Positions 34,401-47,335 of a stretch of 64,000 bases of DNA are shown here, one piece after another (within the stretch, counting starts at the first letter, position 1; each line of letters begins with the position of its first letter). This DNA is from Hemiscyllium ocellatum (Eukaryota). Location of the stretch: contig NC_083431.1 in NCBI RefSeq assembly GCF_020745735.1, forward strand, positions 21,108,496-21,172,495, written 5' to 3'. Both the position numbers and the translations under genes were made by a program. A model generated the notes under the pieces. That model did not search any database, was not told the DNA's origin, and saw nothing but the letters and a program-made list of their open reading frames with translations.

Positions 34401-37347
34401 AATATCAGACCTCAATATCTGTTTTATCAAATAATTTACATTTATTTGTCATATAGAATAATAGCTCAGATCACTCCCTAAGAAAAAAGATAAAGATGCA
34501 AAACAGGAAACATTGAAGGATGTTGGAAGAAAACAAAAGCAACTGCAAAGAGGTTCATAAACGAATAAGAAATTGTGAGACAAGAAGGATTTTAGGGTTG
34601 ACTTCAAAAGATTAACCTTGAATGAAGGGTCAAGTAGATTGGGACATATAATTGGCGAAGGTCATATAATTGGTAAAGTAATATCTTGAGGGATTGAGAA
34701 TGAATGTGAGAACCCTTAAGGATAAAGGTGATGAATGCCACAAGTTCGTTTGAGAGACAACTCATGGGCAGTAACAATTGAAGAGTTGGAAGATTAATGT
34801 TGAGAAATAATGCTGATATTAATATAGTGAAATATTTCAACTCTTAAATCTGCAATATTTGATAAGGGAGTATATTGAATTATGGTTTGATGATCATTCA
34901 AAGAGATCATGAAATATTAATAAACAAAAACAAACTTAGATTAATTTTTACAAGTTAGCAAATGTGATAGTTGATGCAACTGTTTTAATTTTCCAGAAAC
35001 CCATTAGATTCAGGGAAGGTTGCTTTAGCTTGGAAATATTTAACTTCTCTCCTCAAAAAGAGGGAGGCAGAAAGCAGAAAACTACAAGCCAGTTAATTTT
35101 CTTTCTGTCATAAGGGATTAAAGATATTAAAACAACATACTTGGGTAAATTCAAGGTAAAAAGTGTCGTGCTGGAAACACACAACAGGTCAGTCAGTATC
35201 TGAGGAGCAGGAGAATCGATGTTTCGGGCATAAGTGCTTCATCAGGAAATATTCAACTCCTGAAGAAGGGCTTATTCCTGAAACGTTGATTCTCCTGCTC
35301 CTTGGATGCTGCCTGACCTGCTGTGCTTTTCCAGCACCACACTCCAGACTCTGATCTCCAGCATCTGCAGTCCTCACTTTCTCTTAAATTCAAGGTAGTC
35401 AGGCAGAGGCATGGTTTTGTCAAAGGCAAATCATATTTATTTAATTTATTGGAGTTCTTTGAAGAAATAACTTGCAGTATGGATAAAGGGAAACCAATGG
35501 ATGTATTGAACTTAGATTTCCAGAAGGCATTTGATAAGGTGTAATATCAAAGGTTATTGTGAAAGTTAAATACTCATAGTATAGGGGGTAACATATTGGT
35601 ATGTATAGAAGATCGGCTGGCTAGCCGGAGGCAGAGAGTAGGAATAACTATCTTTTTTGGACTGGTTGGATTCCATGAGTGGTTTACCACAAGAATTGGT
35701 ATTGGGGGTCTCAGTTGTTGATAATTTATATCAATGACTCGGTGAAGGTTTTGGAGGTATGGTGGCTAAAGTTGCTGATGGCACAAATTTAGGTAGGAAA
35801 GTGAACTGTGACGAAACGTAGAAAATAGGTCCCGAAGGAGGCCACTCGTCCCCTCGAGACTGCATCACCTTTCAATACAATCATGGCTGATCATGCATTC
35901 TCAGTATTTTATTCGCGCCTTCTCCTGATACCTCTTGATCCCTTTAGCCGCAAGGGACATGTCAAGCTCCCTTTGAATAAACTTAATGAACTGGTTGAAT
36001 AAACAACAGCTTCCCTTAGAAGAAAATTCCACATATCCAGAACTGAGTGAAGAAATTCTTACTCATCTTAGTCCTGAATAGCCCTAAATGACTTAACTTC
36101 CCCACTCCTTTTTCAGACATAAGGAGCTACAAAGGGATATAGATAGGTTGACTAAGTTGACAAAGATTTGGAAAATGGAGTACAATGTGAATAAATGGGA
36201 TGTTGTCCATTTTAGCAGAAAGTAGCATAAAGGAAGCACATTATCTAAATAGTGAGCATTTGCAGAGCATTAAGGTGCTAGTGCTTGAACTACAGCAAGT
36301 TAGCATGCAAATATATGAAGTTATCAGGAAAGCTAATAGAATGTTATGTTTTATTGTGAGGGATATTGAATGCAAGAGTGGGAAGGTTTGCCTCTGCTTT
36401 ACAAGACATTGGTGAGACCGCATCTGGAGAACTGTGTATAATACCTAGGAAAGGATATTAATGTGTTCAGAGAAGTGTTCAGAGACTATTTAGAAGACTA
36501 ATTGCTGAAATGAATAGATTGCCTCATAAAGAATGGCTCAACGGGTTAGACCTGTATCCTCTGGTATTTAAAAGAGTCAGAGATGACTCAATTGAAACAC
36601 AAGATCCTGTCAGGACCTAACTAGGTGGACGTGAGAGGGATGTTGTGGGAGGTAATCTAGAACTAGGGGTCATAATTTATAGATAAAATCTCACTCAATT
36701 AAGACAGCGATGAGGAAATACTTTTTATCTCAGTGATTCAGTAGACACAGAATATTGAAGTATTTTTTAAGGCAGAGATGGATAGACTCTTTATTACTAA
36801 TGGACTATAAGTATGTAGGAATGTACTGTTGAGGTTAAAATCCTATCAACTATCATCTTCTTGATGGTGCAGCAAGGTTAAAGGTGTGAGTGGCATAGTC
36901 TTGTTCTTTCTTCATGCAATTCACAACTTTAGTAAAGATACAAAAATGCAATTAATGTAACTGCACCAACTTGAGAGCGCGCCACATCAATACAGGCTTT
37001 TCCACTATTGGCTTCTTATAGTTTCTGAAAAACTTAAAGCATAGTTTACAGAAAATACATGTATATGAATACAATTGATGCAGTAGTTATATTTTACCTA
37101 ATCTATACAAGAAATAATGGTAATTACTTGGTAACATAATTACAGATTTGCCCTCTAATTTTTTTTTGTATTTTGTAGGTGGGTCGGCTATGAATATCCA
37201 GGCTACAGGGGATATCAATACGTGCTAGAATGTGGATCATACAAACACTGGAATGAATGGGGTGCTCAACAGCCTTTGATTCAGTCCATGCGCCGTGTGA
37301 AGGATCAACAATGGTACAAAAGGGGTTGCTTTGAGTTTATAAACTGA
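28386..37347 (+). CDS. crybb1l: Beta-crystallin B1-like (fish crybb1l-type), 209 aa
   Basis: join(28386-28451, 29435-29553, 30359-30491, 34178-34320, 37179-37347). Exon sizes 119/133/143 are typical of betaB genes. [13 protein letters not shown]...[22 protein letters not shown]...[16 protein letters not shown]...[18 protein letters not shown]. Exact paralogue number uncertain. Confidence 0.92.
29435..29553 (+). CDS. crybb1l: betaB1-like exon (Greek key 1)
   Basis: [39 protein letters not shown]; 119 nt. Confidence 0.95.
30359..30491 (+). CDS. crybb1l: betaB1-like exon (Greek key 2)
   Basis: [44 protein letters not shown]; 133 nt. Confidence 0.95.
31245..31385 (+). mobile_element. Short Penelope-derived element (family B), degenerate hammerhead core
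   Basis: CTGACAAAGGGTCCCTAGACTGGAAA followed by TTAACTCAGTTTTTCTCTCTACAGAT...CCAGCATTCACAG. Confidence 0.55.
31401..32850 (-). mobile_element. CR1/HER1 LINE 3' portion, interrupted by a palindromic insert
   Basis: ORF 31904-32212(-) [17 protein letters not shown]...[15 protein letters not shown] and ORF 32724-32930(-) [25 protein letters not shown]. Confidence 0.9.
32282..32465. mobile_element. Short palindromic hammerhead-bearing Penelope derivative (family A), 14-bp TSD
   Basis: TSD TAACCTTCTTCACT at 32268-32281 and 32466-32479; core CTGAAGAAGGGCTTATGCCCGAAACGTC at about 32373-32400; inverted arms. Confidence 0.85.
34178..34320 (+). CDS. crybb1l: betaB1-like exon (Greek key 3)
   Basis: [47 protein letters not shown]; 143 nt. 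Confidence 0.95.
34950..36910 (+). mobile_element. Old CR1-family LINE ORF2 fragment with nested inserts
   Basis: ORF 35323-35544 [21 protein letters not shown]...[10 protein letters not shown]; [11 protein letters not shown] at about 36320. Confidence 0.8.
35159..35384. mobile_element. Short palindromic hammerhead-bearing Penelope derivative (family A), 13-bp TSD
   Basis: TSD TAAATTCAAGGTA at 35146-35158 and 35385-35397; two inverted CTGA(A/T)GAAG...GAAAC cores. Confidence 0.85.
37179..37347 (+). CDS. crybb1l: betaB1-like last exon (Greek key 4 plus C-terminal arm)
   Basis: [55 protein letters not shown]. Confidence 0.95.
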
Positions 37348-39644
37348 AATAAATCATGCTTTTAGACAGCCATGGGAATAATTTTATTCTTTTCATATCA
37401 GGACCACAGAAATTAATATCCACTCATCCGGTGATAATTATTATATATAATTTCCCATTTTTAAGTTATAGCGGCGATTGTAGGGTCCATTATTTTCTTT
37501 TACTAGCAACAAATCTCAATTATTTTAGAGTTGCACCAAAAAATGATATCTGGTTTAAGTCCAACTTATATTTTGTCCCATGCCTTTAAAAACGCATTAT
37601 AAATTCCTCTTTTTTGTGGCCCTGAATATGATTTTTGGAGAACGGGGAATGGATGATCTCCTACAGTGTGGATGGCTCTCCGCTGTGTCTTACTCAGGGA
37701 TGCAGACATCTTTAGCAAACCTCACATCCATAACATTCAGTATTGATTTTTTGTTTCATTTCCGCTACTTTAAATATTTGTAGCTCATGTCATTCCTTTT
37801 ATCAATAAAAGTAATCTCTGCTGTCTTACAGAGATAATAAAATTGTAACTTCAAATAGTTAGCCACAGTTGGTTAATTGTGTCATACTACATATGTACTA
37901 CCATTCTGGAACCTTGATGAAACAAACATTTAGTATCATGTATCTGCAAACTGTCAATTTACAGGAACTTCCATTACAACCTACTTATTTTAAAACAAAG
38001 CATTGAAATTTAGTTGCTTATATAAATCCTACAATTGTCCATATGTACTAATTTGAAGAAACATAGGTGAAATAATTGGGCTTTAAAATCTTGGTGTTAA
38101 GCATCACCTGTGAGGATGCATCAAGGAAAATCTAGCAGGGATTGCATACAGGTTCACAGAACTTGCTTCTTTACTTTTTCCACTCATATCAAATAGCATG
38201 AAAGCTCGGACAGTTCCGTTGCTAAATGAGATGTAATCTAACAATACAAGCTATAGTATAGGTAGTTCCATTTAAACTCTTATACTAGACTCTCTAATAA
38301 ATATCCTGTAGGAATTCAGCTCCATGGGCTCCTTTTGACTGCAAAAGTGGATATATCAAAAGTGATACAGTGGATGCAGACAGCATGTTTCTCTTGTGGT
38401 AAGAGGCCATTAATATAAGGTGGTCAACAAGAATTCCAAAAGGGAATTCAGAAAAAAATTCTTTGCCCAAAGAGCAGTGGGAATGCAGCATTTGTATCCC
38501 AAGGAATAGATAAAATAAAGAGCATAGATACATTAAAGGTGAATCTAGATAAATATGTAAGAAAAATGGCAGAAATTGCTTTAATACCCAAACTCATATT
38601 GTTTATATTCCAATAAAACTTGAATAAAAATCTATCTTCAGCATCAATACTGAAATTTGCATCTCACGATCAAAAAGCATTTCTATAGCAAGTTTCACAA
38701 CCCTGCAATGTTCCAAAAAACTTCATTGTCATTTAATTATTTCTGAAGCACAATCATTATTGTGCAAAATTCATAACATTTGTAAAAACGTATTACATAA
38801 TTGTTTAAAATTGACCTTACATAAATTTATTTTAATGCAAATGGCATTGAGAGGCCTCATTTCCTCTATAATTACTCATTATACATATACTAAATGATCA
38901 GGTGAGGAGGAATGAATTGGCTTCTTTTTTATAACTCCTTGGTCAGCTGCAATAGATGCTTAAAATTATTTATCAGCCAGAATTTATATCCCTCTAATTA
39001 AACTGTAGCAAACTATAGTTCACCAGAAATAATAAGGAAACAATTAAAAGACTTTCTTCAATGAAATAAAGAACAATTTTATTACCTGCCAAACCCTAGG
39101 AAAATTAGTAAAGGCATGATATCAAACATTTATATACATACCCACAGATAGTTAAAAAGGGATAAAGTCCAGTATAAGGAGATGAACAGAATAAATGTTT
39201 AAAAGCTGTAGAGTGTATTTGAGCTTTAAGGTTATAACTTGAGGTCAGAATTGTTAATTGATATCTTGCAATATCAGGCATAGCAAATATTTCAGTTGCT
39301 CCTTTGTGTCCATGGTGTTTTGATGTTTCTTTAAATCGGCTCTGTCACCAGGTTGAAGGAGGGAACAATTTTTTCCAGATCTGCACTCATAAATTCACCT
39401 CCCCTCCTCCGCCAAAAACAATTTCCTCAAGTACAACCTAGTTTGTGTATTCTAGGTATGAAATCATTGTCTCCAAGCTTGATAATTGTAGGTAATGTCT
39501 TTCTCCTTTGGTATATGAAATTTAATGTAAAGGTGTAAAACAAAATCGGAGATGAAGGTTTTTCACACCCGATTGGGTGGACTAGCTTCAGTACCTTCTG
39601 AGAAAATATTAATTGCAGCTAAAACCATTTTGTTTACTCTATAA

Positions 39645-39770
39645 AAACAAAGACCTGTGGATGCTGTAAATAAGATTGGGTCTGAGGAAGGGTAACTGGA
39701 CCTGAAACATTAACTCTGATTGCTCTCCACAGATGTTCCACTGAGCGTTTCCAGCAATTTCTGTTTTTAT
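39645..39770 (+). mobile_element. Short Penelope-derived element (family B) with hammerhead-like core
   Basis: CTGAGGAAGGGTAACTGGACCTGAAAC at about 39682-39708. Confidence 0.55.
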
Positions 39771-40190
39771 AGATTCATTGAGTCAGAAACAGACCTTCCG
39801 GTCCAACTTGTCCATGCCTGCCAGATATCCTAAATAAATCTAATCCCATTTGCCAGTATTTAGCACATTTCCCCATGAACCCTTCATACTCATATACCCA
39901 TCCAGATGCCTATTAAATGTTGTAATTGTACCAACCTCTGCCACTTCCTCTGGCAGCTCATTCCATACATGCTGTGGCCAGACAGCTCAGACTCAGTCCC
40001 CAGCATTGAGAAGATTCTAAATCTCCTGGGGTTTTTTTTATTTTATTAAACAGTACAAAATACACAGTTGACAATAAACAGAAAGGAGCAGTTCATAAAA
40101 AACTACTACAAACAGGGGAAAGGGCAGCAAACCCACCATTCAACCAGTTTTCAGGGAGATGAGGACAAACTTCAAATCCCACTTCCATTA

Positions 40191-40286
40191 TCTCCTGGTT
40201 ATATTTGTCAGCCTGATTGGCCCAGGTTAATAACCCCAATCAAAGATCTCATAGGATACAAGATCCAGCTGGTTCCAATCACTACA
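40191..40286 (-). mobile_element. LTR fragment related to the Gypsy LTRs at 56.5 and 60.2 kb
   Basis: Minus strand TGTAGTGATTGGA...GATCT...TGATTGGGGTTATTAACCTGGGCCAATCAGGCTGACAAATATAACCAGGAG matches the LTR 5' half. Confidence 0.65.
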
Positions 40287-43279
40287 GATATCTTGTTAAA
40301 TATCTATCCTTGCAAAACATACCACATCATATTAATCCATTTGAATAATTCCACCCCCTCGTCCAATTTATCATGTTTTCCTGCACTCTACTATATTCTT
40401 CCTTGTAGTTGTCATATTCCTTAGTTTAGAACCATCAACAAATTTTGATAGTTCCTTGAAGCCAAACTCAAGAAAACTCCCATGTAGATCTCAGGAGATG
40501 AGGAGGGAACAATCTTTAATTATTTCTGCCAACCAAACATTTTATCCTTTCTGCTACTTTACCTTTAGTAAGAATATCTCCGAATCCTTGTCAAAAGGAA
40601 TTATGCAATTTTTATCAATATGGTCTAGCTTTCAGTTTGACCCAAACTAAACAGATGAAAATTATTTTTATTTGCTTATTTTAAGCATCCTAAACTTTGT
40701 TGAAGATACAGTGCATTTTGCTATAATGCAAGTTCTGTTCTTGTGCAATCACAAGTTATAAGAAAATCACACAATAGCTATGCCATTTAAACTAATTTCA
40801 TTATAACCAATACACGTGTTAAACATTTAAGCTTTAGAAACAGTGACCTCAATTCATCAATTGCATTACAACCAATTCACTTTAATGAAACATGTGTTAT
40901 ACAGAACAACCCGTTATCATTTCTTGCTAGCATACAATTTATTAGATAATGTCAGTATCTTGCTCAGTTACCATTATTTGTGTTCAATCCTTGATGGTGA
41001 TTGTCAGCAGTCTATTTGACAATGTGAGGGTATGTTATCAAACCAAGGCAAGTCCTTCTGATTCTGAACACTATCAAGAACAAAGCAGGCTGCATGCAGA
41101 GCACCCTGATCATCATCAGAAACATTCAGTCCCTCCATCAATATTGCACAATGGCAGTAGTACTGCACTAGCTAAAACAACACATGACAGCAATTCGCCA
41201 ATTTGACAGCATCATTTAACCCTATCACTTAGAAAAATAAATGCAGCAGATGAGTATCGTTATCTCTAAGTTCACCTCAAAATGAAATAGAATTTGGACA
41301 TGGATGGACCTTTACCATTGCTCCTTTACTGTTCCCGTTAGAAAATCCTGGACCTCTCTCCCAAATAGCACTGTGGGTATACAGTTTGTTCTCACCTTCT
41401 GAATGTCATTCAGGAAGGGAAGATAAATGCCAGTCTCTCCAGTAAAGCTCACATGTCACAAATTTTATAAAAATCAAGGCACCTTTCTCTCTCTCCCTAA
41501 CCCTGGGGTACTAAAGCCAATTGTATTGTCTCAACTGCTGAAGTGAAAATAACAGCAAAGACTGGGAATTAACCTAGATGATTTCCTAGATTTTATAGAT
41601 TAACTTCATATTGGTTAAGCTCACTGAGCCAATCAAATATTTCACAAATAAACTTAGAAGTTAAATGTATATCTGAGAAAGCATACATTGTTGATAAGTA
41701 TGACCGTACATGACTACAGGGAGAAACACCTCAATGTGCGCTTCAAAACTGATATGGCTAATATCCACTTTTTCACAACAGAGAGAATAATAAAAAAAAG
41801 AAAATTGACGTATAAAGGATCAAAATATCTAAATATTAGATATCTAAACATTTAAATACTTATCTTCAGTTCCAAAGAAAAGTCTTTGGAGTTGAAACAT
41901 TAATTCTATTTCTCTCTCCAGCGATGCTACCAGACATCCTCGATTTCGCCACCTTTTTATTTCAGAATTCCAACAGCTGCAACATTTTGCTTTTATCAAA
42001 TTATCTAACTTCTGCTTATATTGAGGCAATCCAGGCACTTTCACTTTTCTCTAGCTGGAGGTGGTTAAGAATAAAACATTAAATTATGACTGACAATTTC
42101 AGAGTAGGGAACAGAAATATAGCAGAAAAATTAGTAGCTAGTGTGACTCACTTCACTCATAACAATATGAGCATGATTTTAAATTTCAATGATTGGGATT
42201 TAAAATCATCCCCATATGGTTATGAGTGAGATGGGTTATGGCAGGATTTTTACAGAGATGCAGATGTTTTCCTGACCATACAATGCTGTCTTGTATCGGG
42301 GAAGTAGTTATGAGCTGGAGATGAGTCTGCTACCTCCAAATACAAGCTTGAGCCAGCAATGGAGGCAGGGAGATGGTGAGACAAGCAGACCAGAAATCAT
42401 GCCTCTATTTGTTGAGAGCAACACCTAGATGAATTCATGTTTGCCATGCCCTCCAGTCCTTCCCTTACACCCTCACTAACCATCATACTTCTTTCATATC
42501 CCTCTCATATCTCCCCTGCCCATATCTCCCATTCTCTCTCCATTTTCCCACTTTTGTAAGTTTTTGTCCCCTCTGTGCTTCTTCTTTCTGCCACATTCCC
42601 TCTCTGCTTTCATGCTTTCTCCATACCTACTCACCCAGTAATCACGAGATACAAAACTATATGGTCTTGAAATGATAATGAAAAAATCCATTTAAAATTC
42701 CCTTTGAGAAACATTACCCCACTTAACTTTCCATGAAATAATCAATCAAACACAAGAAGTGAAAGTTCAACCAAGAAAACCTTCAATCAACTTCATACCT
42801 CTTAATTTTGTCCAAATAAATGCACAGGGATTGAAATAATTATTCAGAGTACTACAAAGAAATAAAGCTGTCTTTCACACCATGTGCAATCCCATTTAAG
42901 CTGTATAAACAGATCCCTACTGAACTGAGTCCATTGACCACTCTTGGAGCCCAGCCAAACATGGATAATGTTGAATCCTAATTTTATTTTTGTTCTTAAC
43001 TTAAGACTAGGGGTTCCACCATGGTCCATAACGCTGCTGAAGTGCAGTTAAACTTTCATATTAAACTCAATGCAGGCAGTGGGGGATTTGAAAGGTATGC
43101 TCCTCCACTAGAGCTGGCAAGATAAGGTGTGCTGAGCATGGACTTCTGACCCACACCTGTATGCTGTGCTGATAAGAATTGCCAGATACTGGAACAAAGG
43201 TGGGAATCCACAAATCGTGTCCTGTTTGCCATTTCCAAGCTGTTCTGACAGAGAGGCTTGAAAATCAGGCCCTGCTATC

Positions 43280-44010
43280 CTAGAGACTGGAAGGTTTGAA
43301 GAGGCCAGGTAGGCTGGGACCTTTATCCCTGGAGTGTAAGGGTGACCTAATAGACATTTATAAAATCATGAGGGACGTAGGTAAGGTGAATAGCCAAGGT
43401 CTTCTCCTAAGGGTAGGGAAGTCCAAATTTAGAGAACATGGGTTTAAGGTGTAAAGGGAAAAATTTGAAAGGGATCTGAGGGGCAACGTTTTCACACAGA
43501 GGGTGGTGCGCATATTAGATTAGATTAGATTAGATTACTTACAGTGTGGAAACAGGCCCTTCGGCCCAACAAGTCCACACCGACCCGCCGAAGCGCAACC
43601 CACCCAGACCCCTACATTTATCCCTTACCTAACACTACGGGCAATTTAGCTTGGCCAATTCACCTGACCTGCACATCTTTGGACTGTGGGAGGAAACTGG
43701 AGCACCCAGAGGAAACTCACGCAGACACGGGGAGAACGTGCAAACTCCACACAGTCAGTCGCCTGAGTCGGGAATTGAACCCAGGTCTCAGGCGCTGTGA
43801 GACATATGGAATGGGCTGCCAGAGAACTGGTCGAAGTAAGTACAATTATAACATTTAAAAGATATTTGGGCAGGTACTTGGATAGGAAAGTTTTAGAGGC
43901 ATATATGAATCAAGCTCAGGCAAATGGAACTCGTTCAGATTAGGAAATTTGGTTGGTATTGACAAGTTAGGTCAAAGGGCCCTGTTTCTGCATTGTATGG
44001 CTCTATGAGC
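43280..44010 (+). mobile_element. CR1/HER1 LINE 3' end, interrupted by an HE1 SINE
   Basis: GGGATCTGAGGGGCAACGTTTTCACACAGAGGGTGGTG...ACATTTAAAAGATATTTGG...CTCTATGAG tail. Confidence 0.75.
43516..43802 (-). mobile_element. HE1-type V-SINE, 5'-truncated
   Basis: Near-identical to 11995-12330; flanked by CATAT on both sides (probable TSD). Confidence 0.9.
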
Positions 44011-45634
44011 ATATGATTGTATAACGATTACTTTCCCACTAACCGATAATTAACATATTCACTCAAAGTATCGATCAGCAACTGGAAACCTATGATATAA
44101 CTTGGATCCTAACATGATTTTAACGATACCACAAAACATCTTGTAAAAGCGAGTGGAATTGGTCTCGTGGATCCTCAAGTATACAAAGGTTCAATATGGA
44201 TAATTGGATCATAAAGATCCACTTGTTATTGTGTTGCTTTGACTGCACACAAATTATTGCCTGGATCCTTGATGACTGGACTATAGCCTATGTAAATGCA
44301 AAGAGCTAATTAATTAAGGTACAGTTCATCTCTGACAATAAAAAAAATACAGGTTTGTGTAATGCCTCAAGGCAGCTACCACAATGCTTTTAATATGTGA
44401 CTCAACTATTACTCTCTCTCTCCAATAATGTATGACTTTTTAAGGAACATGATATCATGTTTGGCTGATGGGGAAAAGGGATACCTACAATACATATGGC
44501 TCTTGATTTAAGATAAGGGATGGGATGTTTAGACGGAATTTAAGGAAGAAATATTTTACTTAAACGATGGTAGGAAACTTGAACTCACTACCTGAAAGGG
44601 TGGTAGAGGCAAGAACCATTTCAACATTTAAGAGATATTTGAAGGGCAATAGCTTACAGATTTAATGTCCAAATGCTGCAAAATGGGACTAGAGTACATA
44701 GTGCTTGATGACCTGTGTGGACACTGGGCTAAAGGTCTTCTTTCTATGCTGCAAAACTCTGATTCTATAGAGAGCAGCCTCAGAATCTATAATGATTAAC
44801 AATTGAGTCTGTTAGAAGATAGCAGCTGACAGCTCATTTGAAACATTATCCAGCCTACAAAGTCTATAGACTGAGTCAGTCCCCTGGGTCTATTTGAGGA
44901 ACGTTAAGAGGCTACACTTCTTTAAGTCAGTTATTACAGATCTCTACCCTCCTGCTATAAGTTCTGTTGGATCAAGAGGTCATGTTTTGCTCTTTATTAA
45001 AAATCACTGCAGTCCTTAACCACATTGTAATTAATTAAAGCTGCCATGGGTCAGCCCTGCATATTGCAGCCAAAGTTCCGTAACCAAGTCACAACTGCTC
45101 TGTTGCCAAGGTTAACAAGTACATCACTTTCTTCACTAGGGTCAACAATGAACAGGAGACAGCTAGTGATTTTCAGCATAGCTAGCTTCCTTCACATTCA
45201 GGACATGATACACTGCATGCATTTTTTCACTTGGGCTCCTGAAAACCAGAGAGTAGCCTTAATAAATTCAAAGAACTAACACTTAATTAATACGTAGCTT
45301 ATCTCAGACAATAAAAAGAGGATGCAAGTTTGTCAAATTTTTCAAGTAGCTATCACAATGCTTTTGCCATGTGACTCAAATAATAGCATCTCCCTCATAA
45401 TATTTGACTCTTCAAGGAACTTGATACCAATTCTGGCAATTGGAGAAATGGGATAACCATGATGTAAAGAAACAGGATCATATTAAGCATCTTTAGATCA
45501 TATTAAGCATCTTGCATTAAAGTTAAGAAATCTCAATATATCTGGGCATTCCTTACACTATAGTAGAGCCTCCATCCAACCTTGCTATCCAGAGAAGATG
45601 GATTTGGAAGAGAAACAGCAGTAAAAACAACTTT

Positions 45635-46793
45635 TGGATGTAGGTTTGCTCACTGAGCTAAAAAGTTCATTTCCAGATGTTTCATTACCTTACTAGGTAA
45701 CATCTTCAGTGGACCTCATGCAAAGCAATGCTGAAAAATTCCTGCTATTTATATGTTTAGGTTTCTTTAGGTTGGTGATGTCATTTCCTGTGGTGAACTC
45801 ACTTCCTGTTCCTTTTCTCGGGGGTGATAGATGGAGTTTAACTCGATGAGTTTGTTGATAGAGTTCTGGTTGAAATGTCATGCTTCTAGGAATTTTCTTG
45901 CATGTCTTTGTTTGGCCTGCCTTAGGATGGATATGTTGTCCCAGTTGAAGTGGTGTCTTTCCTCAACTGTATGTGAGGAGACTAGTGAGAGAGGGTCATG
46001 TCTTTTTGTGGCTAGTTGGTGTTCATGTATCCTGGTGGCTAGTTTTCTGCTTGGTTGTCCAATGTAGTGTTTGTTCCAGTCCTTGCACGGTATTTTGTAA
46101 ATGATGTTAGTTTTGATCATTGTCTGAATAGGGTCTTTCAAGTTCATTAGCTGCTGTTTTAGTGTGTTGGTGGGTTTGAGGGCTACCATGATGCCAAGAT
46201 GTCACAATAGAGCGAACAGCCAATGGGGAACTTCAAACCAGCATCTACAGAAAAACAACACATACAGACCAAATATTGAACTACAGAAGCAATCATTCCA
46301 ACACCCACAACAAACACTACATTGGATAGATAGGCAGAATAATAGCCACCAGGATACATGAACACCTGCTAGCCACAAAAAGACATGATCCTCTCTCACT
46401 AGTCTCCTCACATACAGATGAGGAAGGACACCACTTCAACTGGGACAACACATCCATCCTAGGACAGGCCAAACAAAGACACGCAAGAGAATTCCTAGAA
46501 ACATGACATTCTAACCAGAACTCTATCAACAAACACATCGAGTTAGACTCCATCTACCACCCCCTGAGAAAAGGAACAGGAAGTGACTTTACCACAGGAA
46601 ATGACATCACCAACCCAAAGAAACCCAAACATATAAATAGAAAGCAGGAATTTTCAGCATTGCTTCGCATGAGGTCCACTGAAGATGTTACTTAGTAAGA
46701 TAACGAAACGTCTGGAAATGAACCTTTCAGCTCAGCGAGCAAACCTACATTCAAAACCTCAACCAGAACTACAAATCTTCTCAAAACTCGCTA
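45635..46793. mobile_element. Penelope-like element (second PLE family), inverted duplication, 15-bp TSD
   Basis: TSD AGTAAAAACAACTTT at 45620-45634 and 46794-46808. ORF 45878-46189(-) NIIYKIPCKDWNKHYIGQPSRKLATRIHEHQ (GIY-YIG). About 45637-46045 and about 46340-46750 are inverted copies. Hammerhead-like CTGAAGATGTTAC...ATAACGAAACGTC at about 46678-46712. Confidence 0.9.
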
Positions 46794-47335
46794 AGTAAAA
46801 ACAACTTTCATAAATTAGGAATATCAAGGTGAAAGTGAGGAAGAACGGAAAGACCAATTCACTTCAATATTTTGCAGAAAAAATGCCAGGGATGAGTTAA
46901 GACCAGTGGTTTCAAAGCCTGGCTCTTCTGCTACCTCAAAATATATACAAAACTTCTCTGTACTAAAAGGTCTTGTTACCTGCTTCAATTATCTCCCAGA
47001 GTTTGAGGTTATGCAAGTTTTATGATACAAGAAATGTAGTTGCGTTAAGAAAATAGTTTGTGTTTGGGAAGAGATAGGTGGTCTACACTGACCAAGTGAA
47101 TGGTGGTGAAGGACATGATGGCAGATGGGGAAGGAATTGACAGCACCCTGAAAATATTCCAGCTGAATGTTAGCCACCTATATATTCAACTTATATTGTT
47201 CAACAAACAAGTGCATGAACAAGGACAAACTGACAATGTCTTTGAATACCGTTTTACGTATACATTTTGCATATTATTTCTTTTATTAAGTTATAATAAG
47301 ACATTTAGGTTGAATAAGTTGAAAATTCAGAGTCA

